From: Candidatus Woesearchaeota archaeon
GTDB lineage: Archaea > Nanobdellota > Nanobdellia > Pacearchaeales > GW2011-AR1
Length of the DNA: 32,083 bases
Assembly (NCBI GenBank): GCA_964421685.1
Contig: CAYQXU010000002.1
Coordinates: 1 to 32,083, forward strand
Direction of reading: 5' to 3'
Below, piece after piece: positions 9,071-16,606 of the stretch. Within the stretch, counting starts at the first letter, position 1. Each line of letters begins with the position of its first letter. The position numbers were made by a program, and so were the translations under genes. A model generated the notes under the pieces. It saw nothing but the letters and a program-made list of their open reading frames with translations. It ran no database searches and was not told where the DNA came from.

Positions 9071-9480
9071 ACTTAAAGAAGAAAAAATTATTGGCAGTTA
9101 GAGTTTTAGGAGCTGGAAAAGAGCGAATTGTATTTGTAAAACCAAGACTTGATGAAATTAAGGAAGCTATAACTAAGCAAGACATAAAAGACCTGCATAA
9201 AAGTGGCGCAATCATAATAAAAAATATTGGGGGCAGGAAAAAATCAGTAAAAAGAAAGAGGAAGAGAAGTGTTGGAAAAGTAAAGAAGATTCCAGACAAT
9301 AGGAAAAGAGTTTATATAATATTGACCAGAAAATTAAGAAACTATATACAAGAAGCAAAGAAAAAAGGAGAACTAAATTATGAAGATGTCAAAAAATTGA
9401 GGAACAATATAAGGAATAGAATGTTTAGGAGTAAAGCACATTTAAAGGAGCAAATAAAGGAAATGAAAAATGAAAAATGA
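9067..9480 (+). CDS. rpl19e: 50S ribosomal protein eL19
   Basis: KKKLLAVRVLGAGKERIVF...ITKQDIKDLHKSGAIIIK matches L19e. ATGA overlap with rpl32e. Confidence 0.92.
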   Translation: MNLKKKKLLAVRVLGAGKERIVFVKPRLDEIKEAITKQDIKDLHKSGAIIIKNIGGRKKSVKRKRKRSVGKVKKIPDNRKRVYIILTRKLRNYIQEAKKKGELNYEDVKKLRNNIRNRMFRSKAHLKEQIKEMKNEK

Positions 9481-9943
9481 AGAAATGATGAAAGAATTGG
9501 AAGATAAATTTTCAAAAATGAAGAAAGAACTTGGCTTAAAAACCAGCCTGGATGACTTAGATAGAAATTTTTATCTAAAGGACTACATACTTAAAGAAGG
9601 ATTTATTAGTGAAAATTTAATCAGGCAGGTAAGCTATAGAATTGTCGAAACATTCATGAGCTGGAACGAATATCTTCATAGTTTAATAATGCCAAACCCC
9701 CAAAACATGTTGAACTTGAGTGAAAGCAAAGTTTTAAGTCAGGAGGACAAAAAAGAGATAACTGAATTGATAAAGAAGGGAATGGAAATAGGCAGCAGAA
9801 ATAGTGTTATAAATTTATCTCGAAATAAAAAACAAGAAACTATGTTAATAGAAGATGCCGTCAAGCTTTGGGAAACTGAATTTAAACCAGAACTAAGCAA
9901 AATCATGACAAAAATAAATAAAGAATGGAAAGAATCTGGATAA
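9470..9943 (+). CDS. Uncharacterised 157-aa protein embedded in the ribosomal-protein operon
   Basis: A 157-codon open frame in AT-rich, stop-rich DNA. It overlaps the rpl19e end by 11 nt and ends 4 nt before rpl18 (TAA TAA A ATG). I recognise no motif. It looks helical and about charge-neutral. Confidence 0.75.
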   Translation: MKNEEMMKELEDKFSKMKKELGLKTSLDDLDRNFYLKDYILKEGFISENLIRQVSYRIVETFMSWNEYLHSLIMPNPQNMLNLSESKVLSQEDKKEITELIKKGMEIGSRNSVINLSRNKKQETMLIEDAVKLWETEFKPELSKIMTKINKEWKESG

Positions 9944-9947
9944 TAAA

Positions 9948-10490
9948 ATGAAAACAATCAAGAGAAGACGAAGGGAAGGGAAAACAGACTACTCAAGGAG
10001 GATTAAAATGCTTAGTGGCGGGACTCCTAGACTTGTTTTCAGAAAAACTAACAGGTATATTGTTGCACAATATTTAATCAGTAAAGAAGCAAAAGATGAA
10101 GTTAAAATTGGAGTCACATCTAAAATTTTATTAAATTATAAATGGCCAAAAGAAGCTGTAGGAAGCTTAAAGTCAGCTACAGCTGCTTATCTTATAGGGC
10201 TTCTAATTGGAAAAAAGATAGTTGCAAATAATTTGGAAAAACCAATTGTTGATTTTGGAATGTATAGGATTCTGCCTAAATCAAAACCGCATGCTTTTAT
10301 TAAAGGAGTTATAGATTCCGGGCTTAAATTAGAAGATAAATCTGAAATGTTTCCTTCAGAAGAACAAATAGGTGGCAAATACTTAAAGAACAAAATAAAT
10401 TTTAAAGAAATTAAGTCAAACATAGAAGCTAATCTTTTAGAAAAGACTTCAAAAAAGTCTAAAGGAAAAACACTAAAACTGGATAAATAA
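9948..10490 (+). CDS. rpl18: 50S ribosomal protein uL18
   Basis: RRRREGKTDYSRRIKMLSGGTPRLVFRKTNRYIVAQ is the archaeal L18 N-terminal signature. Confidence 0.93.
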   Translation: MKTIKRRRREGKTDYSRRIKMLSGGTPRLVFRKTNRYIVAQYLISKEAKDEVKIGVTSKILLNYKWPKEAVGSLKSATAAYLIGLLIGKKIVANNLEKPIVDFGMYRILPKSKPHAFIKGVIDSGLKLEDKSEMFPSEEQIGGKYLKNKINFKEIKSNIEANLLEKTSKKSKGKTLKLDK

Positions 10491-10491
10491 A

Positions 10492-11358
10492 ATGACGAAT
10501 AGTAAAAAACAAGAATTTGAAGACACGAAGAAAACAGTAGAAGCCTACGGCACTTTTTCAGAAGATGAAGTAAAAGATACTGCAAAAAAAAGCGAGGAAG
10601 TTACAGAAGAGCTTCTTGAGAATCAAAACCGCTCTAATGTAAAGAACGCTGAAAACATTGATAAAGAAAAAATAGGAAGAAGGCCATTTGAAATAAAAGC
10701 TAGAGAAGAAACTGTTTTAGGCTGGAAAGTTAAAACCAAGCTTGGGAAGGATGTAAAAAATGGAAAAATAACTAATATAGATCAAATTCTTAACAGCAAG
10801 AAAAAAATTCTTGAGCCAGAAATAGTTGATTTTTTATTAAACCTTAAATCAGATTTAATCTCTATAGGGCAATCAAAGGGAAAGTTTGGAGGAGGAAAAA
10901 GAAGAGCTTGGAGGCAAACACAAAGAAAAACAGAAGAGGGAAATGTCCCAACTTTCTCGACTATGGCAATAGTTGGAGATGAAAGCGGGCACATTGGTTT
11001 TGGGACAGGAAAAGCTAAAGAGACTCTTCCTGCACGAGACAAGGCAATAAGAAAAGCAAAGCTAAATGTAATCCGTGTGGTGAGAGACTGTGCAGGGTTT
11101 GATTGTGCGTGCAGCGAATTGCATACTATTCCTTTTAAAGTAAATGGAAAAGCCGGCAGTGTGAGAATAACATTAATTCCAGCGCCGCAAGGAACAGGGC
11201 TTGTTGTTGGAAATGAATTAAAAAAAGTTTTGAAGCTTGTAGGTATAAAAGATGTGTATAGCAAGACTTTTGGAACTCAAAGAACCAGTTTTAATCTTAT
11301 TAAAGCCTGTATTGATGCATTAAAAAAAACAAATGTTAATTTAGAGGGAGAAAAATGA
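10492..11358 (+). CDS. rps5: 30S ribosomal protein uS5, with a roughly 50-65 aa acidic N-terminal extension
   Basis: S5 dsRBD and C-terminal domains (VGDESGHIGFGTGKAKE...AIRKAK, IPAPQGTGLVVG...). TAA-A-ATG junction with rpl18. Confidence 0.93.
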   Translation: MTNSKKQEFEDTKKTVEAYGTFSEDEVKDTAKKSEEVTEELLENQNRSNVKNAENIDKEKIGRRPFEIKAREETVLGWKVKTKLGKDVKNGKITNIDQILNSKKKILEPEIVDFLLNLKSDLISIGQSKGKFGGGKRRAWRQTQRKTEEGNVPTFSTMAIVGDESGHIGFGTGKAKETLPARDKAIRKAKLNVIRVVRDCAGFDCACSELHTIPFKVNGKAGSVRITLIPAPQGTGLVVGNELKKVLKLVGIKDVYSKTFGTQRTSFNLIKACIDALKKTNVNLEGEK

Positions 11359-11777
11359 TAGCAATAGTTAGAATCAAAGGCTCAGTAAAATTAAGAAGGG
11401 ATATTGAAGAAACTCTGAATAGGTTAAGGCTTAAAAGGAAGCATGTTTGTGTAGTTTTGAATCCTACAAATGAAAATTTAGGAATGTTAAAAAAGGTAAA
11501 GGATTTTGTTGCTTATGGAGAAATAAAAAAAGAAACTTTTGAAAAACTTATAGAAAAAAGGGCGCAATTAATAGACAAAAATAAAAAAGTTGACTTGAAA
11601 AAAGCCTTGGAAGGAATAACTAGTGGTAAAGAATATAAAGAGTTTAACTTAAAACCTTTCTTTAGGCTAAGCCCGCCACGAGGGGGTATTGACATCAAAA
11701 AAGGTTTTGGAGATAAAAAAGGAGTTTTAGGAGACAATAAAGATAAAATAAATACTTTAATCGAGAGGATGCTATAA
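11355..11777 (+). CDS. rpl30: 50S ribosomal protein uL30
   Basis: IAIVRIKGSVKLRRDIEETLNRLRLKRKH is the L30 pattern. ATGA overlap with rps5. Confidence 0.9.
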   Translation: MIAIVRIKGSVKLRRDIEETLNRLRLKRKHVCVVLNPTNENLGMLKKVKDFVAYGEIKKETFEKLIEKRAQLIDKNKKVDLKKALEGITSGKEYKEFNLKPFFRLSPPRGGIDIKKGFGDKKGVLGDNKDKINTLIERML

Positions 11778-12217
11778 TGAAAACGCATAAAAGAAGAAAA
11801 TCATCGAGAATGCATGGGAGAAAAATGGGAAGCCATGGAAGGGGCGCTAGAAAGAAAGGCAAAGGCAGCGGACATAGAGGGGGATTTGGAATGGCAGGAA
11901 CAGGAAAGAGGGCTGATCAGAAAAAAACCTTGATACTAAAGCTCTATGGGCATAAATATTTTGGAAAGCAGGGAATAACAAGTAAAAAAACGCAAAGGGA
12001 CAAAAGAAATAGGATAAACCTTGGGCAAATACAATCAAATCTTAGCCTTTATGGTAAAAAAGTCGGAGAAAAATGGGAATTAAAACTTGATAATTACAAA
12101 ATTTTAGGTGAAGGCGAGATTAAGGAAAAAGTTGTTATTAAAGCAGGAGAAGCTTCATCATCAGCAATTGAAAAAATTAAGAAATTAGGTGGAGAGATAA
12201 TTTTATCTAATAAATAA
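11777..12217 (+). CDS. rpl15: 50S ribosomal protein uL15
   Basis: Gly/Arg-rich N-terminus (GSHGRGARKKGKGSGHRGGFGMAGTGKR) and an L15 C-terminal domain. It lies immediately upstream of secY. Confidence 0.92.
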   Translation: MKTHKRRKSSRMHGRKMGSHGRGARKKGKGSGHRGGFGMAGTGKRADQKKTLILKLYGHKYFGKQGITSKKTQRDKRNRINLGQIQSNLSLYGKKVGEKWELKLDNYKILGEGEIKEKVVIKAGEASSSAIEKIKKLGGEIILSNK

Positions 12218-12218
12218 A

Positions 12219-13655
12219 ATGGGTTTCCAACAAATATTCAGTTTTATTCCTGAAGTTAAAAAACCTGACGAAAAAAAACTTGACTTTAAGACTAAACTAA
12301 AATGGACTCTAATTGTTTTGGGGGCTTTTTTTGTTCTTGCAAATATTCCTTTGTTTGGCTTGTCGGCTAACGCTTTATCTAGATTTGAATATCTTGCTAT
12401 AATTCTTGGTACTGATTTTGGAAGTATAATCTCGTTAGGAATAGGGCCTATAGTAATGGCTTCTATTATTCTGCAACTCTTAAGCGGGTCTGGAATACTC
12501 AATATAGACCAAACAACCCCTGAAGGCAAAAAATTCTTTCAAGGGTTGCAGACCTTGTTAGTATTCTTCTTCATAATTTTTGAATCAGCGATATATGTTT
12601 TAATGCAGGGATTGCAGGCAAATCCAGGATTTACCGGAATCGTCATATTTCAACTAATCTTGGGCGGCTTGGCAATTTTCTATATGGATCAAGTAACGCA
12701 AAAATGGGGCTTTGGTTCTGGAGTGAGCCTGTTCATTGCAGCAGGAGTCTCTTGGAGATTGATAACTAGCGGATTTCAGTTCATAAATCAGCAAGGAAGA
12801 AACTGCTTAGTCGACTTTAGCAATACTGCCTGCTCTGGAAAAGTTCTTGTCTTGATACAGTCAATAATCAATAAGTATCCTATTGAATTTTTATCTGCCC
12901 TAGCTGCAATAATTGCAACAGCAGTTATTTTCATGATTATTGTATGGGCTCAATCGTTAAAGGTTGAAATCCCTCTATCATTTGGAAGGTTAAGAGGCTA
13001 TAGTCTTAAATGGCCATTATCATTTTTCTACGCCTCAAATATTCCTGTTATATTAACTGCAGCACTAGTTGCCAATATACAATTATTCGGTGGACTAATA
13101 CAAAATACAGCGACTCCATGCTTACAAGGTCTAGCTTGTACTGGGACTGCAAAATTTGCATCTTATTTTTCTTTTTTGGGGAACTTTGTTAATGGAAGAG
13201 CTGTATCTGGTTTAGCATTCTGGATGGGATCAACAGACATACTTGATTTATTTATTAGAGGGGGATTCCTACCAAGATATCTTCTTCAAGGAGTTACGCA
13301 TATATTATTTTTTGTATTCTTTTCAGTAATATTCTCTATTTTTTGGGTCAAAACATCTGGAATGGATGCTAAAAAACAGGCACATAATATAGTTTCCTCT
13401 GGCCTTCAAGTATCTGGCTTTAGGCAGGACGAGAGAATAATTGAAAGTATCCTCGATAGATATATTATGCCGCTAACAGTAATGGGCGGGGCTGCAATAG
13501 GGGTTTTAGCTGCAACAACTGACTTGCTTGGAGCATTGGTTGGGGGAACTGCAATCTTGCTTGTAATTATGATTATGTATCAATTTTATCAGAATATTGC
13601 ACAACAGCATCAGATGGATATGAGCCCTGGATTTAGGAAATTTTTTAATAAGTAG
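12219..13655 (+). CDS. secY: Preprotein translocase subunit SecY
   Basis: 478 aa, about 10 hydrophobic segments, and an archaeal SecY/Sec61alpha-like N-terminus (IPEVKKPDEKKLDFKTKLKWT). Conserved position after rpl15. Confidence 0.95.
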   Translation: MGFQQIFSFIPEVKKPDEKKLDFKTKLKWTLIVLGAFFVLANIPLFGLSANALSRFEYLAIILGTDFGSIISLGIGPIVMASIILQLLSGSGILNIDQTTPEGKKFFQGLQTLLVFFFIIFESAIYVLMQGLQANPGFTGIVIFQLILGGLAIFYMDQVTQKWGFGSGVSLFIAAGVSWRLITSGFQFINQQGRNCLVDFSNTACSGKVLVLIQSIINKYPIEFLSALAAIIATAVIFMIIVWAQSLKVEIPLSFGRLRGYSLKWPLSFFYASNIPVILTAALVANIQLFGGLIQNTATPCLQGLACTGTAKFASYFSFLGNFVNGRAVSGLAFWMGSTDILDLFIRGGFLPRYLLQGVTHILFFVFFSVIFSIFWVKTSGMDAKKQAHNIVSSGLQVSGFRQDERIIESILDRYIMPLTVMGGAAIGVLAATTDLLGALVGGTAILLVIMIMYQFYQNIAQQHQMDMSPGFRKFFNK

Positions 13656-13661
13656 TTAAGC

Positions 13662-13669
13662 TTTAAATA
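13662..13669 (+). promoter_or_regulatory. Putative TATA box (TTTAAATA, preceded by C)
   Basis: Lies in the 36-nt secY/DUF106 gap, 22 nt upstream of the ATG at 13692. This spacing implies a leaderless or near-leaderless mRNA. Confidence 0.45.
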
Positions 13670-13691
13670 CAAAGTTCTCTACATAAAGCAT

Positions 13692-14231
13692 ATGGATAAC
13701 AAAAAAGGAAGCTTCAAACTTGTATTCATTGTGTTGATAATTTCTTTAGTAATAGCCTCTCTATGGAATAAAGTTTCTTGGATTAGCAAACCTATACATT
13801 CTGTCCTAGATCCTTCTCTAGGAGCTTTGCTTAATTGGAATCTTTTGATAGGAATGATAATTATTGTCGCGATTCTTAACTTGATAACAACCTTGATACA
13901 AAAATATACTACTGACCAAGAAACATTGAGGTCCATAAAACAAGAGCAAAAAGCGTTACAGGAGGAAATGAAGAGTCATAGGGATAATCCCCAAAAAATG
14001 ATGGAGCTGCAGAAAAAGAGCCTGGAGTTTATACCACAAACCATGAAGTTAAGTATGAGGTCGTTTACTTATACTGCTGTCCCGCTTATATTACTTTTTA
14101 GATGGTTCATTGATACTTTTAATGCTTTAGGCAACCCGAAGTTTTTAGGATTTTTAGGATGGATTTGGTTTTATCTTCTTTCGTCAATAATAATAAGCAG
14201 CATTCTCAGGAAGATTTTAAAAGTAGTTTAA
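13692..14231 (+). CDS. DUF106 / EMC3-TMCO1-like membrane protein (archaeal YidC/Oxa1-like insertase candidate)
   Basis: Three hydrophobic segments, with a charged coiled-coil between TM1 and TM2 (ETLRSIKQEQKALQEEMKSHRDNPQKMMELQKK). It occupies the usual archaeal position downstream of secY. Confidence 0.8.
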   Translation: MDNKKGSFKLVFIVLIISLVIASLWNKVSWISKPIHSVLDPSLGALLNWNLLIGMIIIVAILNLITTLIQKYTTDQETLRSIKQEQKALQEEMKSHRDNPQKMMELQKKSLEFIPQTMKLSMRSFTYTAVPLILLFRWFIDTFNALGNPKFLGFLGWIWFYLLSSIIISSILRKILKVV

Positions 14232-14243
14232 TTTCTCAATTCT

Positions 14244-14681
14244 ATGAAATTAAAAGAAAAAAAACAGCCTGATAAAGATTCTAGGTTAGTTGATGAGCAA
14301 GTTAGCAAGGAGCTTATGTTCAAATTTGCAATTTTTGAGCAGCAAATACAACAAATACAGGAGCAAAATGGAGCTATAGAAAAAGCACTAGCAGACTCAA
14401 AGGCTCTTCTTGAAGGCTTAGAAAATCTAAAAGGATCTAATGGCAAAGAAGTGTTTGCTTCAATTGGAAAAGGTATTTTTTTAAAGGCAAAAATAATTTC
14501 CGAAGATTTAATTGTCGATATTGGAGGGAAAAATTTTGTTAGAAAAAACCTCGATGAAACACAAAAAATTATAGGCTCACAGATAAAAAAACTTGAAGAG
14601 GCAAGAGCTCAGCTGCAAGAAAACTTGGAAAAGATTAATGAAGACGTAGAAAACTTAATCAAAAAATCTCAAGAGAAGTGA
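14244..14681 (+). CDS. pfdA: Prefoldin alpha subunit
   Basis: Coiled-coil, beta-hairpin pair, coiled-coil layout (VFASIGKGIFLKAKI...LIVDIGGKNFVRKNLDET) typical of PfdA/GimC alpha. Confidence 0.75.
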   Translation: MKLKEKKQPDKDSRLVDEQVSKELMFKFAIFEQQIQQIQEQNGAIEKALADSKALLEGLENLKGSNGKEVFASIGKGIFLKAKIISEDLIVDIGGKNFVRKNLDETQKIIGSQIKKLEEARAQLQENLEKINEDVENLIKKSQEK

Positions 14682-15508
14682 CTTGATTTATTTGTAAAAT
14701 CACTATAATTTAAAACTCCAAAATCACTTATTATCTTTGTGATATACTTTTTTGGAACAAACGCAAAGGCAGGATTTTTTATTTTTATGTTTTTTGGAGC
14801 CTTATCCCAAACTTCATTAAGGTCTCTTTGTTCTATTGAAATCTTTTCTTTTGTAAATTTCCAAGAGTCTGCTATTATATAAACTGGTATTTTGTGGTTA
14901 AATGCAATTTCTGCAATCAAACTGCTGCCAACTTTATTTATTATGCCGTCTTTAACTAGCGCATCAGCACCGAGAAAAACTTTTGTTGCATAAATCTTAT
15001 CTTTTTTGCTGTTCTTTTCCAAAGCAGACGCAAGTGCAGAGTCAACGAATTGAGTAACTTTTATTCCAGCCTTTGCTAATTCCTTGGACGTTTTTCTGCC
15101 TTGGAAGAGCGGCCTAGTTTCAGTGTTATAAACTTCGAACTTTTTTCCGTGTTTTTTAGCGTAAATTAATGCGTTTATGACATTAGTTGAATGACAATGG
15201 GTGAATATCTTATCCCTGTTTTTTATTATTTCAAAGACATTCTTATTGATTAAATCTTGGGCTTCATCAAAATGTTTTAAGATTTTTTTATAAGTCTCTT
15301 TTTTTGCCATTTTTATAACTTTTTTCATCATGGGCTCTGTTGGTCTTGAAGAAATAAGCTTAATTTCTGACGATTTGGTTGGAATTAACGAATAAGCATA
15401 CAAGGCTTTTTTAGCGACACTTCTAGCTCCTTGGATCTTAACTTTTTTTATGCCCTCTAATATTTTATTGAAGATCCTACTCTTTTTTTTATGAGAAATT
15501 TCGCCCAT
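14669..15508 (-). CDS. eIF-2B alpha/beta/delta-family protein (aIF-2B-like / candidate ribose-1,5-bisphosphate isomerase)
   Basis: Family motifs are present: GARSVAKKAL, IFTHCHSTNV, TETRPLFQG, VFLGADAL...DGIINKVGS. Confidence 0.8.
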   Translation of the reverse strand: MGEISHKKKSRIFNKILEGIKKVKIQGARSVAKKALYAYSLIPTKSSEIKLISSRPTEPMMKKVIKMAKKETYKKILKHFDEAQDLINKNVFEIIKNRDKIFTHCHSTNVINALIYAKKHGKKFEVYNTETRPLFQGRKTSKELAKAGIKVTQFVDSALASALEKNSKKDKIYATKVFLGADALVKDGIINKVGSSLIAEIAFNHKIPVYIIADSWKFTKEKISIEQRDLNEVWDKAPKNIKIKNPAFAFVPKKYITKIISDFGVLNYSDFTNKSSHFS

Positions 15509-15528
15509 ATTCCTAATAGATTGAGAAC

Positions 15529-15538
15529 ATTTAAAAAA
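15529..15538. promoter_or_regulatory. Shared A/T tract (ATTTAAAAAA) acting as a candidate bidirectional TATA element
   Basis: This is the only TATA-like element in the 50-nt divergent gap. It is about 20-21 nt from the minus-strand ATG (15508) and 21 nt from the plus-strand ATG (15559). Confidence 0.4.
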
Positions 15539-15558
15539 TCTCTTCTTTTATTAATGAC

Positions 15559-16416
15559 ATGCTAGAGTCGCTAATTAATCCTAAAAGAGTTGAGAAAGGG
15601 TCTTGGAAAATGTTGTTTATAGGTTTAGTTTATGGGTCTCTCTCGCTTTTGCTTGTAAAATGGTTTTTTGCTAGTGATGTTGTTCTCTCTAAGTTTTCTG
15701 GGATGATTGTTGTTGCGTTCTGTGTTATGTTTTCTCTCCCTTTTATGTATTTTTTAATAAGACAGGAGGAGGAGGAGGATGAAACTGTGGAAGGGTTTTT
15801 CAGTGTTTGGAGGATGCATAAGAATGCTATTTATGCTTTTATGTGGCTTTTTTTAGGATTTGTTTTATCTTTTGCTGCTTGGTATATGATCCTTCAAGAT
15901 TCTAACTTATTTAATGCTCAAATTGAAACATATTGTATGATAAATAGTCCAGGTAATATAGAAGGATGTGTGCAAAGATATGATATTGAAAATAAAGGAA
16001 CAACAGGAGCTGCAACGAAAGAGCTCAGATTTCTTTCAATTATAGAAAACAATGTATATGTTATGATTTTCACGCTCATTTTTTCACTTATATTTGGTGC
16101 GGGAGCTATATTTGTTTTAGCTTGGAATGCGAGCGTCATTTCAGCTGCGGTAGGAATATTTACTAATTATCAACTTAAAAATATTCCTTTTGGCCTGCTT
16201 AGATACATGATTCATGGATTTCCTGAAATAGCGGCATATTTCATAACAGCTCTTGCTGGTGGAATTTTTGGCATTGGAGTTATCAGAAATGGGGTAAAAA
16301 GCCCTAAATTTTTAAGGATAGTTGAAAATGTTGTTGTTTTATTGTTCATTGCGATAATAATACTCATTGTGGCAGCGATTGTTGAAGTGTACTTCACTCC
16401 TATACTTTTTAGCTAG
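15559..16416 (+). CDS. SpoIIM-like (DUF95) integral membrane protein
   Basis: Multi-pass membrane protein with the family-typical HGFPEIAAYFITALAGG segment and a C-terminal AAIVEVYFTP. Confidence 0.68.
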   Translation: MLESLINPKRVEKGSWKMLFIGLVYGSLSLLLVKWFFASDVVLSKFSGMIVVAFCVMFSLPFMYFLIRQEEEEDETVEGFFSVWRMHKNAIYAFMWLFLGFVLSFAAWYMILQDSNLFNAQIETYCMINSPGNIEGCVQRYDIENKGTTGAATKELRFLSIIENNVYVMIFTLIFSLIFGAGAIFVLAWNASVISAAVGIFTNYQLKNIPFGLLRYMIHGFPEIAAYFITALAGGIFGIGVIRNGVKSPKFLRIVENVVVLLFIAIIILIVAAIVEVYFTPILFS

Positions 16417-16436
16417 TATATTCAAGCTAAGAAATC

Positions 16437-16444
16437 TTTAAATA
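16437..16444 (+). promoter_or_regulatory. Putative TATA box (TTTAAATA, preceded by C)
   Basis: Lies 23 nt upstream of the ATG at 16468. A purine-rich AAGAAA sits just upstream in a BRE-like position. Confidence 0.45.
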
Positions 16445-16467
16445 CAGTATTTTATTAATAAAATGAA

Positions 16468-16605
16468 ATGACAGCATATAGATGTAGAAATTGCAACTAC
16501 AGGTTTGATTCACAAATTGATAGAACAGGAAAAAGCTGCCCTTATTGCGGTAAGAATAGTATCATCGAAGAACCAAATGTAGACCAACTTCTTATGGAAG
16601 AGTAA
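16468..16605 (+). CDS. Small zinc-ribbon protein, 45 aa (not in the supplied ORF track)
   Basis: My translation: MTAYRCRNCNYRFDSQIDRTGKSCPYCGKNSIIEEPNVDQLLMEE. It has CxxC-x14-CxxC. A TATA box sits at leaderless distance. Its stop TAA is followed by A and then the ATG of the next gene. Confidence 0.6.
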   Translation: MTAYRCRNCNYRFDSQIDRTGKSCPYCGKNSIIEEPNVDQLLMEE

Positions 16606-16606
16606 A

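Noticed and set aside
1090-11788. Many 60-160 aa minus-strand ORFs inside the ribosomal-protein genes, for example 1090-1401, 1344-1754, 3397-3798, 6620-6967, 7289-7660, 8245-8622, 10187-10585, 10782-11264 and 11513-11788.
   Set aside because: They lie fully antisense to confidently identified, conserved ribosomal-protein genes. Their products are Phe/Leu/Ser/Ile-rich low-complexity strings, as expected from the reverse complement of AAA/GAA-rich coding DNA. These are shadow ORFs.
12203-13936. Antisense or alternative-frame ORFs around secY and the DUF106 gene (12203-12529 minus, 13010-13192 plus, 13679-13936 minus).
   Set aside because: They are embedded in or opposite the secY and DUF106 reading frames, have no motifs and lack promoter context. 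They are frame artefacts.
15765-15779. A (GGA)5 / GAG-repeat tract that could be read as a strong Shine-Dalgarno cluster or a microsatellite.
   Set aside because: It is in frame inside the SpoIIM-like gene and encodes the loop QEEEEDE. No start codon follows at a suitable distance.
16468-16605. Assigning the 45-aa zinc-ribbon ORF as RNA polymerase subunit Rpo12/RpoP, on the basis of YRCxxC...CPYCG resemblance.
   Set aside because: As I recall them, RpoP proteins continue with a basic (I/L)xxKxRxxx tail after CPYCG. This protein has an acidic tail (IIEEPNVDQLLMEE) and sits in a glycosylation operon, so it is left as a generic Zn-ribbon.
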